A stretch of DNA of 63,849 nucleotides, counting the filler, from Phoronis australis (taxonomy: Eukaryota > Animalia > Phoronida): NCBI GenBank assembly GCA_002633005.1. It is 5 parts of 5 records of this genome, joined end to end, with 100 filler letters (N's around TTAATTAATTAA, not from the genome) between each part and the next. Parts side by side here need not be neighbours in the genome. Positions count along the whole stretch, not along the records: positions 1 to 29,763 come from NMRA01000733.1; positions 29,864 to 41,023 come from NMRA01001289.1; 3 more parts are not named here. The stretch is one strand, 5' to 3'. The notes under the pieces were generated by a model. It worked only from the letters and a program-made list of their open reading frames with translations, was not told the DNA's origin and did no database searches. The translations under genes were made by a program, and so were the position numbers. Positions 27,861 through 40,900 of this stretch are shown piece after piece. Position 1 is the first letter of the stretch. Each line of letters opens with the position of its first letter.

Positions 27861-29611
27861 TTATTTCATAATAAAACATTCCAAATTAAAGCGCTCGGAG
27901 GAGCGCCTCTTGGGGAAATTAAGTGAAGAGACCTCAATGCGGATGATGATGACGATGAGGATGATGGTGGCGATAATGAACATGATGATAACATTCACAT
28001 GACAAACGAAGATGCCATAAATCAGTAAGAAATAGGCTGCAATATTGTTCGATAGAATGTAAACCAACAGAGCGAAGCAAAGTCGGTCACAAAGAAACAG
28101 CGTTATCAGAAAATCTCTAATAGTTCATAAAAAAGTAGACGTTCCAGTGAAAAATGGAAAGTATCATCTGAAATCCCTTTCAAAATTCTATGTAACAGAA
28201 TAGTTTCGCAAAATTCCGTAAAATTTTCGAAAATTTTCAAATTTTGCATTTTATTTTCAAAATTGAAAGTCAAATAACTAAAAAATGGTAAGTCTGAGAA
28301 AAAAAATTGTTTAAGCCATATAAAAGAATATGCCTCAAAGAATCCGCATGCAAAATTCACGTCATTTTCTCTTCCTGTTCAAAATGGCACCCCAGGACGA
28401 CTAAAATGGTTCAAAATGCGTGAGATCTGCCATCTTAAGAGCAACTTCCGGTTACGCAACACTGGATAATAGCTGCTAAAAGAAACTCAAACCTGAAAAT
28501 TTTTCAAAGCAATTGAACCCACAATGCGACCTCTACAGGATAAACCCTTTTTATCCCGAAATCGAGGTGTGCATGCGCATTGCCGATATTTCCGCCTTCT
28601 TTTAAGAATAGTAAACGATTTCTTGCACATCTATAGTACATGCCAAATACAATAATCGCACCGATTTTCAGCTGTCTACGCCAAAAGTTAAGGCCCCTAT
28701 GAGAATTTAAATCTGAAATTAAAAAAAATGGCCGCCAATGGCTCCCATCTTGTATCTAATCATGACGAAAAACAATAGGGTTCCAGGACTTTTTCAAATA
28801 CAGGTTGTGTGTGAAATTTGTGGAAGTCGGATGAAAAATGCGACCTCAAGAGTGCCAAGAAACAAAAAACAAACTTAATGGCAAAGCCACATACTTGCCG
28901 AAATTTATTTAGCCCAGTGAAAAAGGAATTCCCCTTTTGCTAAATGACCCCAAGAGCAAATTATTAACCGCGCTTCTCAACCACACAAACCACACACTTC
29001 CGTGACGCATGATAGAATGGCATTAAGGTCATCCAATCAGGTAATGCTGGCCGCCAATCCCTAAAAAACGACATCATAACAAGCTTTGGCAGGCTTTCAA
29101 TTCTTGTTGACGGTAGAGTAACACATTGCTAACCTGGCGACAGTGTATTTAAGCTTTGCGTCTCAGAGTTAATGAATCTACGTGTATGTTATGATGTTCA
29201 TGTTTAACAATTCGGTACTGCAGGCAAAAAATGACCCTGCGTCTTTTAGTTTGTACCCGAACAAAATAAACCGAGATAGTGACGAGTGAAGGGCTCGTTG
29301 AAATTTGTAATAAATTTGCACTCCGTCAAAAAACTATAATTTTTGTTAGTTGACATTGCTTAAAGCAGAGACCGTAGAGAGGGAGACGTTTCACCTAGCG
29401 AAATCCTATTGGACGGCCACTGGCGGCCATTGTTGTTCCATGGACCGTAGAGACGTCTAGCGGGTGTGTGTGGGAAAAAAGGAATATGGCTGATACTCGT
29501 GGTCAGTGGTCACAGAGACAAAATATTTTATCTGATCATGTAGTTCATATAGATTTCCCATAGTTAATACCTCTGAGGGTAGTGCTCTGTCAAGTAACTT
29601 CAAAACAAGAT

Positions 29612-29700
29612 ATGCCGGCTGCAGTCCCTAAAAAGAGGATCAGAGGAGCTTTTTGCGCTGCAGAAAAACCGGGACTTGCACTCCCCACTGATAAAGACAG
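29612..29700 (+). pseudogene. Possible internally deleted THAP-domain first exon (transposon relic)
   Basis: MPAAVPKKRIRGAFCAAEKPGLALPTDKDR|gtgag resembles the THAP N-terminus CAA...PG...P.D..R. Confidence 0.3.
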
Positions 29701-29763
29701 GTGAGATATACGAGTGATACAAAGAATTCTTTTTGTGAAAATGCTGCCTGTCAACCATTGATG

Positions 29764-29863
29764 NNNNNNNNNNNNNNNNNNNNNNNNNNNNNNNNNNNNN
29801 NNNNNNNTTAATTAATTAANNNNNNNNNNNNNNNNNNNNNNNNNNNNNNNNNNNNNNNNNNNN
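29764..29863. other. Artificial contig spacer
   Basis: N44-TTAATTAATTAA-N44 (stops in all six frames). Confidence 0.98.
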
Positions 29864-30139
29864 CCCCTCGATCAACCAAGTCATTCTGGGTATGGTTTTG
29901 CAAATTGGCCTATATGTTTTCAGTGTGAAGAGGACGTTTGATGATGGCGACTGACTATTGTGCCGCCTCCTAGTGGCAGTTTTGTTTTGTTCTTCACCCA
30001 TAACTGTATCTCCAAAACCCACTGCAGGATCATTAATTATTAAATTTAGTAAGTAAATTGATGTGAAGATAACAGACGATAACTGTCCGGCGGATCAAAC
30101 GGACGATGTGCTCTTCGTTTCTTGGCAGATTTTAGTTCA

Positions 30140-32750
30140 GGGCCACCTGTTGTCTATTTTTGGAACTAAAGAAAAGTTCTAGAAACACGCTGTATGCGTT
30201 GCTGTCGTAGGTGCAGTTCAACGCTAGACCATGCTTTTGTTACTGAATTGTGGCAAAGTTCTGCACCACCTGTTGTCTGTTTTTGGAACTAAATAAGAGC
30301 TCTAGAAACAGGCTATATGCGTTGCTGACGAGGGTGATTTTCAACGCTACGCCTTGCTTTTGTTACTGAATTGTGGCGCCACTTATTGTCTGTTTTTGGA
30401 ACTAATAACTAGCTCAAGAAGCATGCTGTATGCAACTTTGTTGTGGATGCATTTCAACGCTCCGCCTTGCTTTTATTACTGAATTGTGACAAATTGCGCC
30501 ACCTGTTGTCTATTTTCAGAACTAATCAACAGCTCAAGAAACATGCAGTATGTATTGCTGTTGTGGAATGATTTCAACACTACACCTTGCTTTTGTTACT
30601 GAATTGTGGCAAAGTTTAGCGCCACCTGTTGTCTATTTTTGGTACTAAAGAAGAGCTCTAGAAGCATGCTGTATGTGTTGCTGTTGTGGGTGCATTTCAA
30701 CGCTGCGCCTTGCTCTTTTTACTGAATTGTGGCAAATTTCTGCGCCACCTATTGTCTGTTTTTGGAACTAATCAACAGCTCAAGAAGCATGCTGTATGCA
30801 ACTTTGTTGTGGATGCATTTCAATGCTCTGCCTTGCTTTTATTACTGAATTGTGGCAAATGTCTGCACCACCTGTTGTCTATTTTTGGAACTAGAGAAGA
30901 GCTCTAGAAACACGCTGTATGCGTTGCTGTCGTAGGTGCAGTTCAACACTACGCCTTGCTTTAGTTAGTGAATTGTGGCAAAGTTTAGCGCCACCTGTTG
31001 TCTATTTTTGGAACTAAAGAACAGCCCTGGAAATAGGCTGTATGCGTTGCTGTCGTGGGTTCATTTCAACGATCAGTCTTGCTTTTACAGATTTCTGGCA
31101 AGTTTCAGGGCCACTTATTGTCTACTTTCGAAACTAATCAAGAAGCATGCTGTATGCATTACTGTTGTGCAAGCATTTCAACACTACGCCGTGCTTTTGT
31201 TACTGAATTGTGGCAAATTTTAGTGCCACCTGTTGTCTATTTTTGGAACTAAAGAAGAGCTCTAGCAAATTTCAGCGCCACCTATTGTTTACTTTCGGAA
31301 CTAATCAACTGATCGAGAAGAAGCATGCTATATGCGTGGCTGTCGTGGGTGAATTTCAACACTACAACTTGCTTGAATTGTGGCAAAGTTTAGTGCCACC
31401 TGTTGTCTATTTTTGGAACTAAAGAACAGCTCTAGCAAATTTCTGCACCACCTGTTGGCTACTTTCGAAACTAATCAACAGGTCAAGAAGCATGCTGTAT
31501 GCATTGCTGTTAGGCAAGCATTTCAACACTACGCCTTGCTTTTGTTACTTAATTGTGGCAAATTTTAGCGCCACCTGTTGTCTATTTTTGGAACTAAAGA
31601 AGAGCTCTAGCAAATTTCAGCGCCACCTATTGTCTACTTTCGGAACTAATCAACAGCTCAAGAAGCATGCTGTATGCGTTGCTGTCGTGGGTGCATTTCA
31701 ACACTACGACTTGCTTGAATTGTGGCAAAGTTTAGCGCCACCTGTTGTCTATTTTTGGAACTAAAGAACAGCTCTAGCAAATTTCAGCGCCACCTATTGT
31801 CTACTTTCGGAACTAATCAACAGCTCAATAAGAATGCTGTATGCGTTGCTGTCGTGGGTGCATTTCAACACTACGACTTGCTTGAATTGTGGCAAAGTTT
31901 AGCGCCACCTGTTGCCTATTTTTGGAACTAAAGAACAGCTTTAGCAAATTTCAGCGCCACCTATTGTCTACTTTCGGAACTAATCAACAGCTCAATAAGA
32001 ATGCTGTATGCGTTGCTGTCGTGGGTGCATTTCAACACTACGACTTGCTTGAATTGTGGCAAAGTTTAGCGCCACCTGTTGCCTATTTTTGGAACTAAAG
32101 AACAGCTTTAGCAAATTTCAGCGCCACCTATTGTCTACTTTCGGAACTAATCAACAGCTCAATAAGAATGCTGTATGCGTTGCTGTCGTGGGTGCATTTC
32201 AACACTACGACTTGCTTGAATTGTGGCAAAGTTTAGCGCCACCTGTTGCCTATTTTTGGAACTAAAGAACAGCTTTAGCAAATTTCTGCGCCACCTATTG
32301 TCTACTTTCGAAACTAATCAACAGGTCAAATTGTATGTTGTATGCATTGCTGTTGTGCAAGCATTTCAACACTACGCCTTGCTTTTGTTACTTAACTGTG
32401 ACAAATTTTAGCGCCACCTGTTGTCTATTTTTGGAACTAAAGAGCTCTAGCAAATTTCAGCGCCACCTATTGTCTCCTTTCGGAACTTATCAACAGCTTA
32501 AGAAGCATGCTGTATGCGTTGCTGTCGTGGGTGCATTTCAACACTACGACTTGCTTGAATTGTGGCAAAGTTTAGCGCCACCTGTTGTCTATTTTTGGAA
32601 CTAACGAGCTCTAGCCACCTATTGTCTATTTTTGTAACTAAAAACTAGAAACAGGCTGTGTGCGTTGCATTGTGGGTGTATTCCAACCCTTCAACTTGCT
32701 TTTGTTCAGCGCCACCTGTTGTTTTTCTTTGGAACTAAGGAAAAGTTGTA
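30140..32750. repeat. Satellite array A (123-bp monomers grading into 167/175-bp units); left palindrome arm
   Basis: Recurrent GCGCCACCT(G/A)TTGTCTA; spacings of 113-123 bp, then alternating 52 and 115/123 bp. Confidence 0.95.
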
Positions 32751-34562
32751 GTAAAACTGCTAAAAACGGCCAAAACACGTTCAAAACAGCCAAAACTTGT
32801 TCAAAACAGCCAAACCTGCTTTTTTGAACAAGTTTTGGCTGTTTTTTAGCGAGTTTTGTCTGTTTTGAGCAATTTTGGCTGTTTTTAACGTCTTTTGGCT
32901 GTTTTTAACGAGTTTTGGCTGTTTTGAACGAGTTTTGGTTGTTTTGAGCAGTTTTGGCCGTTTTTAACGATTTTTGGCTGTTTTGAGCAGTTTTGTCTGC
33001 CTTAAACGAGTTTTGGCTGTTTTTAACGAGTTTTGGCTGTTTTGAGAAGTTTTGGCTGTTTTTAACGACTTTTGGCAGTTTTTAGCAGTTTTGGCTGTTT
33101 TGAACGCGTTGTGGCTATTTTTAACGAGTTTTGGCTGTTTTTAACGAGTTTTGCTTGTTTTGAGCAGTTTTGGCTGTTTTCAACGAGTTTTGCTTGTTTT
33201 GAGCAGTTTTGGCTGTTTTCAACGATTTTTGGCTGTTTTTAACGATTTTTGGTTGTTTTGAACAGTTTTGGCCGTTTTAAACGAGTTTTTGCTGTTTTGT
33301 GCAGTTTTGGCTGTTTTTAACGAGTTTCGGCTGTTTCGAGCAGTTTTAACCGTTTTGAGCAGTTTGGGTGTTTTTAACGAGTTTTGGCTGTTTTGAACAG
33401 TTTTGGCTGTAATTAACGATTTTTGGATGTTTCGAGCAGTTTTGGATTTTTTTAACGAGTTTTGACTGTTTTGAGCAGTTTTGTGACCAGTTTTGGCAGC
33501 GAAAACTGCTCAAAATATCCAAGAAACGTTCAAAACAGCCAAAACCGCTCAAAAAAGTCAAAACTCGTTAAAAACAGCCAAAACTGTTCAAAACAGCCAA
33601 AGCTCGTTAAAAACAGCCAGAACTGTTCAAAACAGCCAAAACTGCTCAAAACGGCCAAACCTGCTCGAAACAGCCAAATCTCGTTAAAAAAAGCCAAAAC
33701 TGCTCAAAACATCCAAAACACGTTAAAAACAGCCAAATCTCGTTAAAAAGAGCCAAAACTGCTCAAAACAGCCAAAACTGCTCAAAACAGCCAAATCTCG
33801 TTAAAAACAGCCAAAACTTCTCAAAACAGCCAAAGCTCGTTAAAAACAGCCAGAACTGTTCAAAACAGCCAAAACTCGTTAAAGACAGCCAAAACTGCTC
33901 AAAACGGCCAAACCTGCTCGAAACAGCCAAATCTCGTTAAAAAAAGCCAAAACTGCTCAAAACAGCCAAAACTCGTTAAAAACAGCCAAATCTCGTTAAA
34001 AAGAGCCAAAACTGCTCAAAACATCCAAAACTCGTTAAAAACAGCCAAAACTGCTCAAAACGGCGAAAACTGCTCAAAACAGCCAAATCTCGTTAAAAAG
34101 AGCCAAAACTGCTCAAAACAGCCAAAACTCGTTAAAAACAGCCAAACCTCGTTAAAAAGAGCCAAAACTGCTCAAAACATCCAAAACTCGTTAAATACAG
34201 CCAAAAGGCGTTCAAAACAGCCAAAACTGCTTAAAACGGCCAAAACAGCCAATTCTCGTTAAAAAGAGCCAAAACTGCTCAAAACAGCCAAAACTCGTTA
34301 AAAACAGCCAAAACTGCTCAAAACGGCCAAAACTGCTTAAAACAGCCAAAACTGCTGGAAACAGCCAAAACTCGTTAAAAACAGTCAAAACACGTTCAAA
34401 ACAGCCAAAGCTGCTAAAAACAGTCAAAACACGATCAAAACTGCTAAAAACAGCCAAAACTAGTTAAAAAACAGTCAAAACTGCTAAAAACAGCCAAAAC
34501 TCATTCAATACAGCAGTTTTGGCTGTTTTGAACGTGTTTTGGCTGTTTTTAGCAATTTTACT
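32750..34562. repeat. 19/20-bp A-tract satellite with strand switch near 33500
   Basis: GTTTTGGCTGTTTT(TAACGA/GAGCA) up to ~33498, then AAAACAGCCAAAAC(TCGTT/TGCTC). Confidence 0.95.
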
Positions 34563-36610
34563 ACCACTTTTCCTTAGCAAGTCGTAGTGTTGAAATGCAC
34601 CCACGACAGCAACGCATACAGCATGCTTCTTGAGCTGTTGATTAGTTTCGAAAGTAGACAATAGGTGGCGCAGAAATTTGCTAAAGCTGTTCTTTAGTTC
34701 CAAAAATAGACAACAGGTGGCGCTAAACTTTGCTACAATTCAAGCAAGTCGTAGTGTTGAAATGCACCCACGACAGCAACGCATACAGCATGCTTCTTGA
34801 GCTGTTGATTAGTTCCGAAAGTAGACAATAGGTGGCGCTGAAATTTGCTAGAGCTCTTCTTTAGTTCCAAAAATAGACAACAGGTGGCGCTAAAATTAAG
34901 CGCCACAATTAAGTAACAAAAGTAAGGCGTAGTGTTGAAATGCTTGCACAACAGCAATGCATACAACATGCTTTTTGACCTGTTGATTAGTTTCGAAAAT
35001 AGACAATAGGTGGCGCAGAAATTTGCTAAAGCTGTTCTTTAGTTCCAAAAATAGACAACAGGTGGCGCTAAACTTTGCCACAATTCAAGCAAGTCGTAGT
35101 GTTGAAATGCACAAACGACAGCAACGCATACAGCATGCTTCTTGAGCTGTTGATTAGTTCCGAAAGTAGACAATAGGTGGCGCTGAAATTTGCTAGAGCT
35201 CTTCTTTAGTTCCAAAAATAGACAACAGGTGGCGCTAAAATTAAGCGCCACAATTAAGTAACAAAAGCAAGGCGTAGTGTTGAAATGCTTGCACAACAGC
35301 AATGCATACAACATGCTTTTTGACCTGTTGATTAGTTTCGAAAATAGACAATAGGTGGCGCAGAAATTTGCTAAAGCTGTTCTTTAGTTCCAAAAATAGA
35401 CAACAGGTGGCGCTAAACTTTGCCACAATTCAAGCAAGTCGTAGTGTTGAAATGCACCCACGACAGCAACGCATACAGCATGCTTCTTGAGCTGTTGATT
35501 AGTTCCGAAAGTAGACAATAGGTGGCGCTGAAATTTGCTAGAGCTCTTCTTTAGTTCCAAAAATAGACAACAGGTGGCGCTAAAATTAAGCGCCACAATT
35601 AAGTAACAAAAGCAAGGCGTAGTGTTGAAATGCTTGCACAACAGCAATGCATACAACATGCTTTTTGACCTGTTGATTAGTTTCGAAAATAGACAATAGG
35701 TGGCGCAGAAATTTGCTAAAGCTGTTCTTTAGTTCCAAAAATAGACAACAGGTGGCGCTAAACTTTGCCACAATTCAAGCAAGTCGTAGTGTTGAAATGC
35801 ACCCACGACAGCAACGCATACAGCATGCTTCTTGAGCTGTTGATTAGTTCCGAAAGTAGACAATAGGTGGCGCTGAAATTTGCTAGAGCTCTTCTTTAGT
35901 TCCAAAAATAGACAACAGGTGGCGCTAAAATTTGCCACAATTAAGTAACAAAAGCAAGGCGTAGTGTTGAAATGCTTGCACAACAGCAATGCATACAGCA
36001 TGCTTCTTGTTGATTAGTTTCGAAAGTAGACAACAGGTGGCGCAGAAATTTGCTAGAGCTGTTCTTTAGCTCCAAAAATAGACAACAGGTGGTGCTAAAC
36101 TTTGCCACAATTCAAGCAAGTTGTAGTGTTGAAATGCACCCACGACAGCAATGCATACAGCATGCTTCTTGACCTGTTGATTAGTTTCGAAAGTAGACAA
36201 CAGGAGGCGCAGAAATTTGCTAGAGCTGTTCTTTAGCTCCAAAAATAGACAACAGGTGGCGCTAAACTTTGCCACAATTCAGTAACAAAAGCAAGGCGTA
36301 GCTTTGAAATCATTCCACAACAGCAATACATACTGCATGTTTCTTGAGCTGTTGATTAGTTCTGAAAATAGACAACAGGTGGTGCAATTTGTCACAATTC
36401 AGTAATAAAAGCAAGGCGGAGCGTTGAAATGCATCCACAACAAAGTTGCATACAGCATGCTTCTTGAGCTGTTGATTAGTTCCAAAAACAGACAATAGGT
36501 GGCGCCACAATTCAGTAACAAAAGCAAGATGTAGCGTTGAAAATCACCCACGACAGCAACACATATAGCGTGTTTCTAGAGCTTTTCTTTAGTTCCAAAA
36601 ATAGGTGGCC
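34563..36610. repeat. Satellite array A inverted (345-bp dimers, then 123-bp-type monomers); right palindrome arm
   Basis: TAGACAA(C/T)AGGTGGCGC; near-identical ORFs offset by 345 bp (34896, 35241, 35586). Confidence 0.95.
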
Positions 36611-37915
36611 CTGAACTAAAATCTGCCAAGAAACGAAGGAAATTGCCTATTGTGAGCACATCGTCCGTTTGATCCGCCGGACAGTTACTAAATTTAATAA
36701 TTAATGATCCTGCAGTGGGTTTTGGAGATACAGTTATGGGTGAAGAACAAAACAAAACTACCACTAGGAGGCGCCACAATAGTCAGTCGCCATCATCAAA
36801 CGTCTTCTTCACACTGAAAACATATAGGCCAATTTGCAAAACCATACCCAGAATGACTTGGATGATCGAGGGGTGGACGCCAAAAACAAAATTTGAAAAC
36901 AGCAAAATTGGCCACCAGATGGTGCAAAATACCTCGATTTCATCGAAAAACAGGATGATAGCGTCATCTCACCAATTGATGCCTATATTCTATGAAAATC
37001 TGTTGATATGCAACCACATATAAATATGTGGGCGTATAAAAATGACCACTAGGGTGCAAAATGCCTCGAACCAATCCTAAAACGGGAGGATAGTATCATC
37101 TCAATAATACATGCCTATCAATGAAGATTTATGAAAATCAGTTGAGCACCTTTGAAAATAAACTATGATTGACAATAGGAGGCGCCTTAGTAGTCAAATT
37201 TGTCGTCGTCAACCGTCCTATTGACAACCTAAACCCAATTTTCAAAAATCAATTAGAATAGTTTGGTTGATAGAGAGGCAGAGAGCAAAAATGGCCACTA
37301 GGTGGGGCAACATATCTCATCCATCCGAAAATAAGAAGACAGCATCATCTCACCGATGGAGGCCTATATTTCAAATGTTATGAAAATCCCTTGAGGGCCT
37401 TTGAATATAATGAATGTAAAAACTGAAGTTGATACTAGGGTCACACCAGTAGTCAGATCCGTCCAAAAGTTGTGGTATGTTGTTAACTTTATAACAATGT
37501 ACTTGCTAAATTTAGTGAAGATCCTGCAAGTGGATATAACCATGAGTGTAAAAAACGAACCTGCCACCAGGGGGTACAACAGAAGTCAAAGTCGTTGAAA
37601 AATCATCATGAAAAGCCATCTTCATAGTAAGAGTATATATGTCAATTTTCAAAATCATCCCTAGATAGAGGGTGAACTCAAAACAGCAAAATGACCACTA
37701 AGGTGGCGCAAAATACCTCGATTCCATCCGAAAACGGGATGATAGGGTCATCTCACTAATAGATGCCAATATTCCAAATTTTATGAAAATCTGTTCATAA
37801 CTTTGATGACAAAAAAATTAAAATTGCCACTAGGGGGCACACCGATAGACAGATCTATCGAAGTAGTGTTGTCAACATCATATGAATATACTCGCTAAAT
37901 TTAGTAGAGATCCTA
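36610..37915. repeat. Highly diverged ~130-bp tandem repeat (HINE-core-like)
   Basis: Recurring AAAATG.CCACTAG..GG.GC..AATACCTCG..GATAG..TCATCTCA..TTTTATGAAAATC; 36610-36873 is the inverted copy of 29864-30140. Confidence 0.7.
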
Positions 37916-40900
37916 AAACAGCCAAAACTGCTTTAAACAGCCAAAACACGTTCAAAATTGCTTAAACTACTTTAAACAGCCAAAACACGTTCAAAATTGC
38001 ATAAAACACCCAAAACTCGTTAAAAACAGCTAAAACTGTTCAAAACAGCCAAAACTCGTTTAAAACAGCCAAAACTGCTTTAAACAGCCAAAACACGTTC
38101 AAAATTGCTTAAAACATCCAAAACTTGTTAAAAACAGCTAAAACTCGTTAAAAACAGCCAAAGCTGATCAAAACAGCCAAAAACAGCTCAAACTCGTTAA
38201 AAACAGCCATAACACGTTCAAAACTGCTATAAACAGCCAAAAGACATTCAAAACAGCAAAAACTGTTAAAAACGGCCAAAACTCGTTCAAAATAACAGTT
38301 TTGGCTGTTTTGAACGTGTTTTGGCGGTTTTTAGCAGTTTTACTACAACCTTTCCTTAGTTCCAAAGAAAAACAACAGGTGGCGCTGAACTTTGCCACAA
38401 TTCAACCAAGTCGTAGTGTTGAAAAGCACCCACGACAGGAATGCATACGGCATGCTTCTTGACCTGTTGATTAGTTCCGAAAGTAGACAATAGGTGGCGC
38501 TGAAATTTGCTAGAGCTCTTCTTTAGTTCCAAAAATAGACAACAGGTGGCGCTAAACTTTGCCACAATTCAAGCAAGTCGTAGTGTTGAAAAGCACCCAC
38601 GACAGGAATGCATACGGCATGCTTCTTGACCTGTTGATTAGTTCCGAAAGTAGACAATAGGTGGCGCTGAAATTTGCTAGAGCTCTTCTTTAGTTCCAAA
38701 AATAGACAACAGGTGGCGCTAAACTTTGCCACAATTCAAGCAAGTCGTAGTGTTGAAAAGCACCCACGACAGGAATGCATACGGCATGCTTCTTGACCTG
38801 TTGATTAGTTCCGAAAGTAGACAATAGGTGGCGCTGAAATTTGCTAGAGCTCTTCTTTAGTTCCAAAAATAGACAACAGGTGGCGCTAAACTTTGCCACA
38901 ATTCAAGCAAGTCGTAGTGTTGAAAAGCACCCACGACAGGAATGCATACGGCATGCTTCTTGACCTGTTGATTAGTTCCGAAAGTAGACAATAGGTGGCG
39001 CTGAAATTTGCTAGAGCTCTTCTTTAGTTCCAAAAATAGACAACAGGTGGCGCTAAACTTTGCCACAATTCAAGCAAGTCGTAGTGTTGAAAAGCACCCA
39101 CGACAGGAATGCATACGGCATGCTTCTTGACCTGTTGATTAGTTCCGAAAGTAGACAATAGGTGGCGCTGAAATTTGCTAGAGCTCTTCTTTAGTTCCAA
39201 AAATAGACAACAGGTGGCGCTAAACTTTGCCACAATTCAAGCAAGTCGTAGTGTTGAAAAGCACCCACGACAGGAATGCATACGGCATGCTTCTTGACCT
39301 GTTGATTAGTTCCGAAAGTAGACAATAGGTGGCGCTGAAATTTGCTAGAGCTNNNNNNNNNNNNNNNNNNNNNNNNNNNNNNNNNNNNNNNNNNNNNNNN
39401 NNNNNNNNNNNNNNNNNNNNNNNNNNNNNNNNNNNNNNNNNNNNNNNNNNNNNNNNNNNNNNNNNNNNNTTCTTTAGTTCCAAAAATAGACAACAGGTGG
39501 CGCTAAACTTTGCCACAATTCAAGCAAGTCGTAGTGTTGAAATGCACCCACGACACCAACGCATACAGCATGCTTCTTGAGCTGTTGATTAGTTCCGAAA
39601 GTAGACAATAGGTGGCGCTGAAATTTGCTAGAGCTCTTCTTTAGTTCCAAAAATAGACAACAGGTGGCGCTAAACTTTGCCACAATTCAAGCAAGTCGTA
39701 GTGTTGAAATGCACCCACGAGAGCAACGCATACAGCATGCATCTTGAGCTGTTGATTAGTTCCGAAAGTAGACAATAGGTGGCGCTGAAATTTGCTAGAG
39801 CTCTTCTTTAGTTCCAAAAATAGACAACAGGTGGAGCTAAAATTTGCCACAATTAAGTAACAAAAGCAAGGCGTAGTGTTGAAATGCTTGCACAACAGTA
39901 ATGCATACAGCATGCTTCTTGACCTGTTGATTAGTTTCGAAAGTAGACAATAGGTGGCGCTAGAGCTGTTCTTTAGTTCCAAAAATAGACAGCAGGTGGC
40001 GCTAAACTTTGCCACAATTCAAGCAAGTCGTACTGTTGAAATGCACCCACGACAGCAACGCATACAGCATGCTTCTTGACCTGTTGATTACTTCCGAAAG
40101 TAGACAATAGGTGGCGCTGAAATTTGCTAGAGCTCTTCTTTAGTTTCTAAAAATAGACAACAGGTGGCGCTAAACTTTGCCACAATTCAAGCAAGTCGTA
40201 GTGTTGAAATGCACCCACGACAGCNTTCAAAACAGCCAAAACTCGGTAACAACAGCCAAAACTGTTCAAAACAGCCAAAACTCGTTCAAAACAGCCAGAA
40301 CTGCTCAAACCAGCCAAAACTGCTCAAAACATCCAAAACTCGTTACAAACAGCCAAAAATCGTTGAAAACGGCCAAAACTCGCTAAAAACAGCCAAAACA
40401 AGTTCAAAACAGCCAAAACACCATCAAAACCGCTAAAAACAGCCAAAACTCGTTAAAAAACAGTCAAAACTGCTAAAAACAGCCAAAACTCGTTCAAAAC
40501 AGCAGTTTTTGCTGTTTTGAACGTGTTTTGGCTTTTCCTTAGTTCCAAAGAAAAACAACAGGTGGCGCTGAACTTTGCCACAATTAAGTAACAAAAGCAA
40601 GTTGAAGGGTTGAAATATACCCACAATGCAACACATACAGCCTGTTTCTAGATTTTAGTTCCAAAAATAGACAATAGGTGGCTAGAGCTCTTCTTTAGTT
40701 CCAAATCGTAGTGTTGAAATGCACCCACGACAGCAACGCATACATCATGCTTCATGAGCTGTTGATTAGTTCCGAAAGTAGACAATAGGTGGCGCTGAAA
40801 TTTGCTAGAGCTCTTCTTTAGTTCCAAAAATAGACAACAGGTGGCGCTCAACTTTGCCACAATTAAGTAACAAAAGCAAGGCGTACTGTTGAAATGCTTG

